This document shows, piece after piece, positions 41,143-51,428 of a stretch of 64,000 nucleotides of DNA. The stretch's first letter is position 1; each line of letters opens with the position of its first letter. The notes beneath the pieces were generated by a model. It ran no database searches. It was not told the origin of the DNA and worked only from the letters and a program-made list of their open reading frames with translations. Origin of the DNA: Lachnospiraceae bacterium (GTDB lineage: Bacteria > Bacillota > Clostridia > Lachnospirales > Lachnospiraceae); NCBI GenBank assembly GCA_029071325.1, contig JAIEAP010000001.1:105764-169763 (forward strand). Reading direction: 5' to 3'. Both the position numbers and the translations under genes were made by a program.

Positions 41143-42357
41143 ATGTATCAGATTAACGACAATTTTCAGAAACTACCGGGCAGCTATCTGTTCAGTACCA
41201 TTGCAAAGAAGGTAAATGCATACACGCAGGCGCATCCTGAGAAAAAGATCATCCGTCTGGGTATCGGCGATGTGACCCAGCCTCTGGCCCCTGCCATCAT
41301 TGAGACACTGCACAAAGCGGTGGATGAAATGGGGCATGCTGAGACCTTCCACGGCTATGCACCGGATCTGGGATACGATTTTCTGCGCAGTGCTATTGTG
41401 AAGAATGATTATCAGGCAAGAGGATGCGGCATTGAAGCGGACGAGATATTTGTATCGGATGGGGCCAAGAGCGATTCTGCCGATATCCAGGAGCTGTTTG
41501 CACAGGATGTGAAAATAGCGGTCTGCGACCCGGTGTATCCGGTGTATGTGGATTCTAATGTGATGGCGGGAAGGACCGGCACTTACAACCCGGATACGCA
41601 GAAATGGAGCAATGTGATCTATATGCCCTGTACCAGTGAGAATGGTTTTGTGCCGGAATTCCCACAGGAGACGCCGGATATCATCTATCTGTGCCTGCCC
41701 AATAATCCCACCGGTACCACGATCACAAAGGATCAGCTTCAGGCATGGGTGGATTATGCCAACAAAGAGGGGGCGCTGATTATCTATGACGGTGCATATG
41801 AGGCATATATCTCTGAGGACAACGTGGCACACTCCATCTATGAGTGCCAGGGGGCGCAGACCTGTGCTATTGAACTTAAGAGCTTTTCCAAAAATGCCGG
41901 ATTTACTGGTATGCGTCTGGGATACACCGTAGTTCCCAAGGACTTAAAGTGCGGCGGGGTGTCGCTGCATGATATGTGGGCGAGAAGACATGGTACCAAG
42001 TTTAACGGTGCTCCCTATATTGTACAGCGTGCCGGTGAGGCGGTCTACTCCGAGGTGGGCAAGGCGCAGTTAAAAGAGCAGGTGGCGTATTATATGAAAA
42101 ATGCCGCAGCCATCAAGAACGGTCTGCAGGATGCGGGATACACGGTGTTCGGCGGTGTGAATGCGCCCTATATATGGCTGAAGACGCCCCAGAACATGAA
42201 TTCCTGGGAGTTCTTTGATTATTTGCTGGAGAATGCCAATGTAGTGGGAACTCCGGGATCGGGCTTCGGACCCAGCGGAGAGGGATACTTCCGGCTGACA
42301 GCGTTTGGAACATACGAGAACACGGTGGCAGCGTTGGAGCGTATCAAGAGTCTGTAG
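41143..42357 (+). CDS. dapL: LL-diaminopimelate aminotransferase
   Basis: RLGIGDVT, PNNPTG, SFSKNAGFTG and GYFRLTAF motifs. Confidence 0.95.
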   Translation: MYQINDNFQKLPGSYLFSTIAKKVNAYTQAHPEKKIIRLGIGDVTQPLAPAIIETLHKAVDEMGHAETFHGYAPDLGYDFLRSAIVKNDYQARGCGIEADEIFVSDGAKSDSADIQELFAQDVKIAVCDPVYPVYVDSNVMAGRTGTYNPDTQKWSNVIYMPCTSENGFVPEFPQETPDIIYLCLPNNPTGTTITKDQLQAWVDYANKEGALIIYDGAYEAYISEDNVAHSIYECQGAQTCAIELKSFSKNAGFTGMRLGYTVVPKDLKCGGVSLHDMWARRHGTKFNGAPYIVQRAGEAVYSEVGKAQLKEQVAYYMKNAAAIKNGLQDAGYTVFGGVNAPYIWLKTPQNMNSWEFFDYLLENANVVGTPGSGFGPSGEGYFRLTAFGTYENTVAALERIKSL

Positions 42358-42467
42358 AGAGATGACAATGATATAGAAGAAAACGAACCGTCGGCAATGG
42401 TGCCGGCGGTTCTTACTATGATGAATATAGTGAAAGACAACAGGAATCTTGATTAGAGGTGAATGCT

Positions 42468-42695
42468 TTGTTAAGACAGATAAAATATTTTCAAGCTGTT
42501 ATAAGACACAATAATTTTTCGCAGGCAGCTTATGAGTGTAATATTTCGCAATCTGCGATATCACAACAGATACAGGCATTGGAAAGAGAACTGGGATTTC
42601 CGTTGCTGGAGCGAAAAAAACGCAGGTTTGAACTGACGCCCGCAGGGGAGTTTTTCTATAAAAAAAGTCTTGTGCTGGTTGCTGAAAAAAATTAG
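42468..42695 (+). pseudogene. Truncated LysR-family regulator (HTH only)
   Basis: LRQIKYF..NFSQAA..ISQSAISQQIQALE; stops after about 75 aa with no effector domain. Confidence 0.8.
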
Positions 42696-42767
42696 AACAG
42701 GGATTGACAGGACAAAAGAAATGGCTTATTATTGGAGATAAGAAATGGGTTTTCACCGTACACCTTG

Positions 42768-43286
42768 CTACGGCTTGCTCGTTTCTTTTTTTATTGCAAG
42801 AATGTCATACAGATATTTCATACCATTTTCAGCGTGGTTGATCAGTAGCCGGGCGTGGAAGATATTGTATCTGACAAGTACATTTCCTTCATAGACCGGA
42901 AGGGCGAAACGAACATCATATCTATACCAGCCGTATTTGGCATTTTTATTGTGTTTATCCTTGCGGTTTTCTTCAAAAGTCGGATTAGATGCTATCTGAA
43001 TCAGTTCCGGTATTGCAGTGGCGGCATTTGCTTTGGCTTTTGCATTTGCCCCCATAAGGCTTTTCCGGCTCTCTGATTCTGTGTATTCTTCAGGCAGTTC
43101 ACTTCCAATAAAAATACGCTCTGCATTTTCTTCAATTTCGTAATAGTCCCCGATATATCCCTCAAGATATCGCTTTACATCATCCCAGTCAATCTGCCGT
43201 TTCCCTTTGAAACGGATATCATTGATTAATACTAGCTTTTTGCCGTCGGCATCGGTTATGATATTTACATTCCTGTTTTCAATCAT
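42768..43286 (-). CDS. Hypothetical mobilome protein (LPD3/MuF-C-like by recalled motif resemblance)
   Basis: AKANAATAIPELI, HNKNAKYGWYRYDVRF and YLYDILAIKKE; AGGGG RBS. Confidence 0.6.
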   Translation of the reverse strand: MIENRNVNIITDADGKKLVLINDIRFKGKRQIDWDDVKRYLEGYIGDYYEIEENAERIFIGSELPEEYTESESRKSLMGANAKAKANAATAIPELIQIASNPTFEENRKDKHNKNAKYGWYRYDVRFALPVYEGNVLVRYNIFHARLLINHAENGMKYLYDILAIKKETSKP

Positions 43287-43440
43287 CTTTATTGTTCCCC
43301 TTTTTCTTTTCTCTTGATTTATAGACGTTATATTGGTTCTTGTACTTCTGGCTGCAAAATTCATTTCCTTCCCGGCTTACGATAAAGGCTTTTTTACAAT
43401 GCTTTCATCAATTGTATCATAATCAAGGTAATGAAGAAAA

Positions 43441-43600
43441 CGCAGAATTATAAAGATTCAGGGTAGTGGTTTTGAGCCCCCATCCTTTTTGACAAGAAGG
43501 AACTCTCTGACATCCTGACATTTGAGAGTTTCTGGAGCCTTGTGCATGTAGTCAAGGAGATATTGCTTCACATGGAACTGCATTGGGACAAACTTACGCA
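43441..43600 (-). pseudogene. Frameshifted N-terminal fragment of a tyrosine integrase (SAM-like domain)
   Basis: PETLKCQDVREFLLVKKD continues in a shifted frame as GLKTTTLNLYNSA; no catalytic domain follows. Confidence 0.7.
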
Positions 43601-43929
43601 CTTTATTTTGGTGATAAGGTGCGGTATTATAAGAGAAAGGACTGAAAGGATTATGAATACAGAACTTATGGCACCCAGAAAGAACAAAAGAAGCAGATGT
43701 CGGAAGAATTTGCAGAGATTTTGCGATGTAAATTTGAACTGTAAACAATCTATAGAAACATACGAAAGAATTTATTGATCAGAACCGTTTTAGTCATTGG
43801 GCTAGCACGGTTCTGGTTTTATATAAGAATAACTTATTATTTATTGCTTAAAATGGAATTGATTGATAAGGACTATCCAGATAAAATATAGATGTAGTAA
43901 AATAAAAAATATCTGATTGGAGGAATACA

Positions 43930-44436
43930 ATGAAAGAACTTATTTTATATTTTTCAAGGGCAGATGAAAATTATTTTGGTGGGAGCTTGAAATACATTGA
44001 CAAAGGCAACACCGAAGTTGTGGCGGAAAAGGTAGCCGCTATGACAGGCGCAGACCTATTCAAGGTTGAGCCTGTAAAGCCATATTCTGCAGATTACAAT
44101 ACCTGTATTGAACAAGCGAAAAAGGATTTACAAAGCGGTGTACGTCCTGAAGTTGTGGCAATGCCGGAAAATATGTCACAGTATGATTTAGTGACAGTCA
44201 TGTACCCGAATTATTGGGGGACAATGCCGATGCATATGTTTACAGTCCTTGAACAGATTAATTTTGAGGGGAAAACAGTCCGTCCGGTATGCACTCATGA
44301 AGGCAGCGGAATGGGCAGAAGTGAGGCAGACTTAAAGAAATGCTGTCAGGGTGCGGTCATCAAGAAGGGGCTGGCGATTCAGGGGAGCAGCGTGGGCAGA
44401 TGTGATGATGTTTTGAAAAAATGGCTGGAAGCGTAA
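43930..44436 (+). CDS. Flavodoxin
   Basis: YFSRADENY, GNTE, YPNYWGTMP and THEGSG motifs. Confidence 0.9.
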   Translation: MKELILYFSRADENYFGGSLKYIDKGNTEVVAEKVAAMTGADLFKVEPVKPYSADYNTCIEQAKKDLQSGVRPEVVAMPENMSQYDLVTVMYPNYWGTMPMHMFTVLEQINFEGKTVRPVCTHEGSGMGRSEADLKKCCQGAVIKKGLAIQGSSVGRCDDVLKKWLEA

Positions 44437-44527
44437 TGATATTATCTGATTGATAAAAGAAGGGCTGCTATTTTTACGGTGCATTGAAACCGGAAAAGTA
44501 ATCATGAATGAAAGGAACAGTGATATT

Positions 44528-45646
44528 ATGGAACAGAGCTTTGTAAAAGACAGCAAAAAATTTGGCTTCGGTTGTATGCGTTTACCGATGCAGGGCGGAA
44601 ACATTGACTTTGAAGAATGCAACCGTATGGTGGACGCTTTCATGGAAGCGGGATTCACTTATTTTGATACTGCAAAGGGGTATCTTGGAGGCTTGAGTGA
44701 AGTCGCGGTCAGGGAGTGCGTGGTAAAGCGTTATCCGAGAGAAAGTTTTACGATTACAGACAAACTGACTATGAATTTTTTTAATGAAGAATCCGATATC
44801 AGGAAGGTCTTTGAGGAACAACTGGAAACCTGCGGGGTAACTTATTTTGATTATTATCTGATGCACGCACAGGGGAAAGTAAATTATGAGAAATACAAAA
44901 AATGCCGTGCCTATGAAGTGGCGCAGGAATTAAAGGCAGAGGGAAAAATCAGACACGTTGGTCTGTCGTTCCATGATAATGCAGAATATTTAGATATGAT
45001 TTTGACAGAACACCCAGAGGTTGAACTTGTACAGATACAGCTCAACTATGTGGATTATGATGATCCCGGGGTGCAGAGCAGGAAATGTCTTGAAGTTTGC
45101 GAAAAGCATAACAAGCCTGTCGTAGTCATGGAGCCTGTCAAGGGTGGAAGCCTTGTAAATCTTCCGCCTGATGCAGACAAAATTTTAAAGGGTCTGAACG
45201 GTGGGAGTAATGCGAGTTACGCAATCCGCTTTGCTGCAAGCTGCAAGCAGGTGTTTATGGTACTTTCGGGAATGAGCAGCTTAGAGCAGATGAAGGATAA
45301 CCTAGGCGCTATGAAAGATTTTCAGCCGCTGAATGCAGCAGAATATGATGCTATAGAAAAGGTATGTGAAATCTTTAAGGCACAGAATTTAATTCCCTGT
45401 ACTGCCTGCCGGTATTGTACCGATGGCTGTCCTAAAAAGATACTGATACCGGATTTGTTTGCAGATATGAATGCCAAGAAGCAGTATCATGATTGGAACA
45501 GCGATTACTATTATAATCAGGTACATACACAAGGGCATGGAAAAGCCAGTGACTGCATCAGGTGCGGAAAATGCGAAAAAGCTTGTCCGCAGCATTTAGA
45601 GATAAGAACGCTTTTAGGGCAGGTTGCAGAGGTTTTTGAAAAATAG
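44528..45646 (+). CDS. Aldo/keto reductase with a C-terminal 4Fe-4S domain
   Basis: GFGCMRLP, YFDTA and MEPVKGG; CTACRYC..C and CIRCGKCEKAC. Confidence 0.92.
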   Translation: MEQSFVKDSKKFGFGCMRLPMQGGNIDFEECNRMVDAFMEAGFTYFDTAKGYLGGLSEVAVRECVVKRYPRESFTITDKLTMNFFNEESDIRKVFEEQLETCGVTYFDYYLMHAQGKVNYEKYKKCRAYEVAQELKAEGKIRHVGLSFHDNAEYLDMILTEHPEVELVQIQLNYVDYDDPGVQSRKCLEVCEKHNKPVVVMEPVKGGSLVNLPPDADKILKGLNGGSNASYAIRFAASCKQVFMVLSGMSSLEQMKDNLGAMKDFQPLNAAEYDAIEKVCEIFKAQNLIPCTACRYCTDGCPKKILIPDLFADMNAKKQYHDWNSDYYYNQVHTQGHGKASDCIRCGKCEKACPQHLEIRTLLGQVAEVFEK

Positions 45647-45708
45647 AAATCGGTCATGTAATTTGTCATGAAATACAAAAAGCCTTGTGTATACAAGGCT
45701 TTTTGCTA

Positions 45709-45782
45709 TGGAAGCAATGGGGCTCGAACCCATGACCTCTCGCGTGTGAGGCGAACGCTCATCCCAGCTGAGCTATGCTTCC
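45709..45782 (-). tRNA. tRNA-Val (anticodon CAC)
   Basis: Minus strand GGAAGCA-TAGCTCAGCTGGGATGAGC-G-TTCGC-CTCACAC-GCGAG-AGGTC-ATGGGTTCGAGCCCCAT-TGCTTCC-A; CCA not encoded. Confidence 0.95.
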
Positions 45783-45822
45783 ATCTCGTCTATTATAACA
45801 CTTCTGCCGGAAAATGCAAAGG

Positions 45823-47652
45823 CTATTTTTTGAAGCTGGCACGTTTCCGCAAGGTGGGATCCAGAATGCGCTTGCGGATGCGCAGGGATTCCGGCGTCAC
45901 CTCCAGCAGCTCGTCCACATCGATAAAGTCTAAGGCCTGCTCTAAAGACAGGACTCTGGGGGGAACCAGGGTAAGCGCTTCGTCGGCGGAGGAGGAGCGC
46001 GTATTGGTCAGATGCTTCTTTTTGCACACGTTCAGCTCAATGTCTTCCGCCTTGGAGGAAGAGCCGATGACCATGCCGGAGTATACTTTGGTGCCAGGTC
46101 CGATGAAGAGCGTACCGCGTTCCTGGGCGGAGAAGAGACCGTAGGTCACGGACTCTCCCGATTCGAAGGCGATCAGGGAACCCTGCTTGCGGTAGGCAAT
46201 ATCGCCCTTGTAGGGGGCGTAACCGTCAAAAATCGTGTTGATGATGCCGTTGCCTTTGGTGTCGGTCAGAAATTCTCCGCGGTATCCGATGAGTCCACGG
46301 GAGGGAATCAGAAATTCCAGTCTGGTATAGCCTCCGCTGATGGGCTTCATGTTCTGCATTTCTCCCTTGCGCTGGCTCAGCTTTTCGATGACCACGCCGG
46401 TAAAATCATCCGGTACGTCCACATAAGCTATTTCCATGGGCTCCGTCTTCTTGCCGTTTTCATCCGTGTGATAGAGAACTTCTGCTTTGCTGACGGCAAA
46501 TTCATAGCCTTCCCGGCGCATATTTTCGATCAGGACGGACAGATGCAGTTCGCCGCGGCCGGAGACCTTCATGCTGTCGGCGCTGTCTGTATCCTCCACC
46601 CGCAGGCTCACGTCTGTGTTCAGCTCCCGAAGCAGACGGTCACGAATGTGGCGGGAGGTGACGAATTTTCCTTCCTGACCGGCAAGTGGGCTGTCATTGA
46701 CAATGAAATTCATGGACAGCGTAGGTTCGGATATTTTCTGAAATGGGATGGCAGCAGGCGCTTCAGGAGCGCAGATGGTGTCTCCGATATGGATATCTGC
46801 AATGCCGGAAATCGCCACGATTGAGCCGATACCGGCTTCTGCAACCTCTACCTTGTTCAGACCGTCGAATTCATAGAGCTTGCTGATCTTGACTTTCTTC
46901 AGCTTATCCGGTTCGTGGTGGTTTACAACAACGGCTTCCTGATTCACCTTTAAGCAGCCATTGTCCACTTTACCCACACCGATGCGTCCCACATATTCAT
47001 TGTAGTCGATGGTGCTGATCAGTACCTGGGTGTTGGCATCCGGATCCCCGGCGGGGGCAGGGATATAGTCCAGGATCGTTTCGAAAAGAGGGGTCATGTC
47101 CTTCCTCTCGTCACTTAATTCCTTCATGGCGTAGCCGTTTCGCGCAGACGCATAGATGAAGGGGCAGTCTAACTGCTCGTCAGAAGCATCCAGATCCATG
47201 AATAACTCCAGCACTTCGTCTATGACATCGTCGGGGCGGGCTTCCGGCCGGTCAATCTTATTGATGCATACAATAACCGGAAGATCCAGTTCCAGCGCCT
47301 TCATCAGCACGAACTTGGTCTGGGGCATGGCGCCCTCAAAGGCATCCACCACCAGGATGACGCCGTTGACCATCTTGAGGACACGTTCCACTTCACCGCC
47401 GAAGTCGGCATGTCCCGGAGTATCAATAATATTTATTTTTACGTCTTTATAGAAAATGGCTGTATTTTTGGACAGGATTGTGATACCTCTTTCCCGTTCA
47501 ATATCATTCGAGTCCATGACGCGTTCCTGAACCTCCTGATTGGCACGGAATACACCGCTTTGCTTTAAAAGCTCATCTACCAGAGTGGTCTTACCGTGGT
47601 CTACATGGGCGATAATTGCAATATTGCGGACATCTTCTCTCGTTGTTTTCAT
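45823..47652 (-). CDS. typA: Translational GTPase TypA/BipA
   Basis: [23 protein letters not shown] and GRGELHL motifs. Confidence 0.97.
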   Translation of the reverse strand: MKTTREDVRNIAIIAHVDHGKTTLVDELLKQSGVFRANQEVQERVMDSNDIERERGITILSKNTAIFYKDVKINIIDTPGHADFGGEVERVLKMVNGVILVVDAFEGAMPQTKFVLMKALELDLPVIVCINKIDRPEARPDDVIDEVLELFMDLDASDEQLDCPFIYASARNGYAMKELSDERKDMTPLFETILDYIPAPAGDPDANTQVLISTIDYNEYVGRIGVGKVDNGCLKVNQEAVVVNHHEPDKLKKVKISKLYEFDGLNKVEVAEAGIGSIVAISGIADIHIGDTICAPEAPAAIPFQKISEPTLSMNFIVNDSPLAGQEGKFVTSRHIRDRLLRELNTDVSLRVEDTDSADSMKVSGRGELHLSVLIENMRREGYEFAVSKAEVLYHTDENGKKTEPMEIAYVDVPDDFTGVVIEKLSQRKGEMQNMKPISGGYTRLEFLIPSRGLIGYRGEFLTDTKGNGIINTIFDGYAPYKGDIAYRKQGSLIAFESGESVTYGLFSAQERGTLFIGPGTKVYSGMVIGSSSKAEDIELNVCKKKHLTNTRSSSADEALTLVPPRVLSLEQALDFIDVDELLEVTPESLRIRKRILDPTLRKRASFKK

Positions 47653-47689
47653 ATGATTCCTCTTTCTTTATTTACTGATCCATTAAAAC

Positions 47690-47882
47690 GGTTGCTGTTC
47701 ACAGTCCCTCCCCTCATGCGCAATCGTCGCTCTTACGAGCTCCAGTCCCGCTGCTTACGCAGCTAAGATTGCTTATGCGGGGAGGTTCCTGCTTCGCAGT
47801 ATGAATTGCTTCCTGCCATCAATTTCTTACATGCAAGCATGACGATTCTGATGACAGAAGCAATTCAACTGTGATAGTAACC
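47690..47882. repeat. Family B palindromic element, copy B3 (193 bp; inverted relative to B1)
   Basis: Imperfect terminal IR ggttgctgttcacagt/actgtgatagtaacc; shares catgcgcaa, gctgctt(a)cgcagc, ttgcttatg and tttcttaca.gcaagc.tga with the reverse complement of B1. Confidence 0.8.
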
Positions 47883-48023
47883 TTAAACCAACGTTCTTAT
47901 TCTATCACATATTGGAAAATGCGCAAGCATTATCATAAGTTATCGACAAATTGTGAGGGGATTCTTACGGGTGGGATGGTACTGTTAGAACGTTCTTAAA
48001 ACAGGCAGAAAGGAAGAAAATGC

Positions 48024-48650
48024 ATGGCAGATAAAATTTTAGAAAATAACCAGGCGTCTATTGTAGGAGAGATTGTATCCGAGTTTCAGTATAGCCATGA
48101 GGTATACGGAGAAGGGTTCTATATGGTGGAGGTATCCGTGAACCGGCTGAGTAATTTTGCAGATTATATTCCGCTTATGATCTCGGAGCGCCTCATAGAC
48201 ACCACTAAGAGCTATATTGGACAGAAGGTGTATGTGACAGGACAGTTCCGTTCCTACAATCGCCACGAGGAGGTCAAGAACCGGCTGGTGCTGTCGGTGT
48301 TCGTCCGGGAAATCGAGTTCATTGAGGAAGAGACGGAGGAGATGAAGAGCAACCAGATCATGCTGGACGGGTACATATGCAAGGAACCGATTTACCGTAA
48401 AACTCCGCTGGGAAGGGAGATCGCAGATCTTCTGGTGGCGGTAAACCGTTCTTACGGCAAATCAGATTATATCCCCTGTATCTGCTGGGGAAGAAATGCC
48501 AGGTTCGCATCCCGTTTTCAAGTGGGTACGCATGTACAGATATGGGGCAGGATACAGAGCCGTGAATATGTGAAGAAGATCTCAGAGGACCAGGTGGAAA
48601 AGCGCATTGCCTACGAGGTGTCCGTCAGCAAAATCGAGTTTATGGAATAG
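48024..48650 (+). CDS. Tandem OB-fold single-stranded DNA-binding-like protein (clostridial type)
   Basis: Two repeats: RLSNFADYIP..GQFRSYN and RSYGKSDYIP..GRIQSREY. Confidence 0.8.
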   Translation: MADKILENNQASIVGEIVSEFQYSHEVYGEGFYMVEVSVNRLSNFADYIPLMISERLIDTTKSYIGQKVYVTGQFRSYNRHEEVKNRLVLSVFVREIEFIEEETEEMKSNQIMLDGYICKEPIYRKTPLGREIADLLVAVNRSYGKSDYIPCICWGRNARFASRFQVGTHVQIWGRIQSREYVKKISEDQVEKRIAYEVSVSKIEFME

Positions 48651-48737
48651 AAGCATTGCTTTTTGTGGAAATATATGTTATTTTAAATAAATCTGAACAC
48701 ATAGTCCCTTGTGTATTTGTGGATGGGAGGATTCCGA

Positions 48738-49226
48738 ATGGGAACAGGTGCGATACAGATTTATTATGGAGCAGGACGTGGGAAGACCGACGCGGCATTA
48801 GGCTGTGCGCTGCGGGCGGCCAGTGAGAATAAGACGGTTGTAGTCATCCAGTTTTTTAAAGGCAAGAGGGATGAGCATATGGCATATATGCAGCGTCTGG
48901 AGCCCGAAATCAGGATTTTCCGCTTTGAGAAGCTGGAGGAGAATTATAATGAGATTACCGAAGAGCAGCAGGCAGAGGAGCGGCTGAACATGAAGAACGG
49001 ACTGAACTTTGCCAAGAAAGTGCTGGTGACCGGAGAATGCAGCCTTCTGATCCTGGACGAGGTGCTGGGACTGGTGGATGCCGGGATCATCACTGCAGAG
49101 GATTTGGAAGCAGTGCTGCAGGCAAGGACTGAAGATACGGATATTATCATGACAGGGCGTGTGTTGACGGAGTCTGTAGGCGCCTGTGCAGATGCGATAT
49201 ACAATATCGTATCTGAAAAGGAATAA
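48738..49226 (+). CDS. Cob(I)alamin adenosyltransferase, CobO/BtuR family
   Basis: IQIYYGAGRGKT, VIQFFKG, LILDEV and IMTGR motifs. Confidence 0.85.
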   Translation: MGTGAIQIYYGAGRGKTDAALGCALRAASENKTVVVIQFFKGKRDEHMAYMQRLEPEIRIFRFEKLEENYNEITEEQQAEERLNMKNGLNFAKKVLVTGECSLLILDEVLGLVDAGIITAEDLEAVLQARTEDTDIIMTGRVLTESVGACADAIYNIVSEKE

Positions 49227-49317
49227 GGAATAGAAAAAACAATGTGAGCGGCGGCGTAGACCTTTGATAGGGACTGCGCCGTTTGGTGATTTTAATAAGG
49301 TATGAGGAAAACCAAGG

Positions 49318-49346
49318 TTGACATCATGTTTATATAATGCTATATT
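49318..49346 (+). promoter_or_regulatory. SigA-type promoter
   Basis: TTGACA-17 bp-TATATT. Confidence 0.7.
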
Positions 49347-49362
49347 TGGTTTAGTATCGTAA

Positions 49363-49530
49363 AGATAGAGGTTGCGTGATGCAAGAGTAACAGGTTAGAT
49401 GCGGCAGGAGCAGGTGAAGACCGGTGAAAGGGCAGCACGCCGAAAGAACATTTCTGCTGCGGGAATGTATCTTGGGCATATATTCAATAGGTATATGACT
49501 GTCATCTGAAAGAAGATGGGGCGCTATCAC
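49363..49530 (+). ncRNA. Lysine riboswitch (L-box)
   Basis: AGAGGTTGC..AGTA..GAAAGG..GCCGAAA..TGGG..ACTGTC..GGGCGCT; terminator gccggcttc/gaggtcggc plus T run follows; upstream of dapA. Confidence 0.93.
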
Positions 49531-49653
49531 AAGAAACCAGTAAGTTTATCTGCGTGTTTTTTGCCGGCTTCATCTGAGGTCGGCTTTTTTACGCATAACG
49601 GAATGCGCGCAGTCACATATGATAACAAGGAAGAATGAATTGGAGGTAGCTGT

Positions 49654-50547
49654 ATGGCAGTTTTTAAAGGCTCTGGTGTTGCGATTGTCACACCGATGAA
49701 GGACAACATGGAAGTAAACTATGAGAAGTTGGAGGAACTGATCGAATTTCAGATTGATCAGGGGACAGATTGTATCGTAATTGCGGGAACGACGGGAGAG
49801 AGTTCAACGCTCACGATGGAGGAGCATCATAAGGTCATCGAGGCGGCGGTTCGTTTTGTGCGTCACCGTATTCCGGTGATAGCAGGAACCGGATCTAATT
49901 GCACGGCAACTGCAGTGCAACTGACCCAGGAGGCGGAAGAAGCAGGGGCTGACGGCGCTTTGGTGGTGACGCCCTATTATAATAAGGCAACCCAGAAGGG
50001 ACTGATTGCCCATTACGGGCAGATAGCCAGAGCGACTAAGCTTCCTATCATTATGTACAATGTGCCTGGAAGAACCGGCTGCAATCTGCTTCCAGAGACA
50101 GTGGCAGAGCTGTTCCGGAAGGAGGAAAACATTGTGGGGCTCAAGGAGGCCACCGGCAATCTGGCGCAGGCAAGTAAGACCATGTATCTGACAGACGGCA
50201 AGTTGGATCTGTATTCCGGCGAGGACGGACTCGTGGTTCCGTTAATGGCCATCGGAGGAATCGGTGTGATCTCAGTGTGGGCGAATATTGCTCCGGCAGA
50301 CGTACATACTATGTGCGACAAATTCCTGGCAGGAGATATTGAGGCGGCGCAGCAGATGCAGAGGAAAGCGATTCCCCTGGTTGATGCATTGTTCTGTGAG
50401 GTCAATCCGATACCGGTAAAGGAAGCTCTGAATCAGATGGGCTGGGCGGTGGGAAGCTGCCGCATGCCTTTATGTGAGATGGAAGAAGTCCACAAATCCC
50501 AGCTTCGTCTGGCAATGCGAAATTACGGCTTGTCGCTGGCGCAATAA
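49654..50547 (+). CDS. dapA: 4-hydroxy-tetrahydrodipicolinate synthase
   Basis: GTTGES, PYYNK, YNVPGRTG and GLKEA motifs. Confidence 0.96.
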   Translation: MAVFKGSGVAIVTPMKDNMEVNYEKLEELIEFQIDQGTDCIVIAGTTGESSTLTMEEHHKVIEAAVRFVRHRIPVIAGTGSNCTATAVQLTQEAEEAGADGALVVTPYYNKATQKGLIAHYGQIARATKLPIIMYNVPGRTGCNLLPETVAELFRKEENIVGLKEATGNLAQASKTMYLTDGKLDLYSGEDGLVVPLMAIGGIGVISVWANIAPADVHTMCDKFLAGDIEAAQQMQRKAIPLVDALFCEVNPIPVKEALNQMGWAVGSCRMPLCEMEEVHKSQLRLAMRNYGLSLAQ

Positions 50548-50564
50548 GACAGGAGATGAATCAG

Positions 50565-51335
50565 ATGATAAAAGTGATCATGTATGGATGCAACGGTAAA
50601 ATGGGGCAGGTCATTACAGAAATCATCCAAGGCAGTGAAGATATCGAGATTGTTGCGGGTGTAGATGTATACGATGTGCAGAAGAATGAATATCCTGTAT
50701 ACAAAAGTATATGGGATTGTGATGCGCAGGCAGATGTTGTCATTGATTTCTCCAATGCGGCGGCAGTGGATGAACTGTTGAAATATTGTGAGGAGAAAGC
50801 GATGCCGGTGGTGCTGTGTACGACGGGGCTCTCAGAAGAGCAGTTGAACAGGGTGAGCCGTGTCAGTGAAAAAACAGCAGTGTTAAAATCGGCAAATATG
50901 TCTCTGGGCATCAATACGCTGTTAGACCTCTTGCAGAGTGCGGCAAAAGTCCTGTCCCCGGCAGGTTTTGATATTGAAATTGTAGAGCGGCATCATAACC
51001 AGAAGGTAGATGCTCCCAGCGGCACGGCGTTAGCCATGGCGGATTCTATCAATGAGGCACTGGAGCATTCCTTTGATTATAAGCTGGACCGCAGTGGTGA
51101 GCGCAAGAAGCGTCAGAAGAATGAGATCGGTATTCAAGCGGTCCGGGGCGGCAACATCGTGGGAGAACACGAGGTGATATTTGCCGGAACCGACGAGGTG
51201 ATTGAGTTCAAGCATACGGCGTATTCCAAAGCAGTGTTTGCGAAGGGCGCTGTAGAGGCGGCAAGATTCCTGGCAGGAAAGCCTGCGGGAATGTACGATA
51301 TGCATGATGTGATCCGCAGTTCTAAGGAGTCATAA
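50565..51335 (+). CDS. dapB: 4-hydroxy-tetrahydrodipicolinate reductase
   Basis: GCNGKMG, IDFS and ERHHNQKVDAPSGTA motifs. Confidence 0.96.
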   Translation: MIKVIMYGCNGKMGQVITEIIQGSEDIEIVAGVDVYDVQKNEYPVYKSIWDCDAQADVVIDFSNAAAVDELLKYCEEKAMPVVLCTTGLSEEQLNRVSRVSEKTAVLKSANMSLGINTLLDLLQSAAKVLSPAGFDIEIVERHHNQKVDAPSGTALAMADSINEALEHSFDYKLDRSGERKKRQKNEIGIQAVRGGNIVGEHEVIFAGTDEVIEFKHTAYSKAVFAKGAVEAARFLAGKPAGMYDMHDVIRSSKES

Positions 51336-51428
51336 TCCAGATGTGCGGAATATAAAATGCCCAGGGACGGTTCTGCGGGTATCCACCACAGCCGTTCTTG
51401 GGCATAATTATGAGCATTTGTCCGTGTG

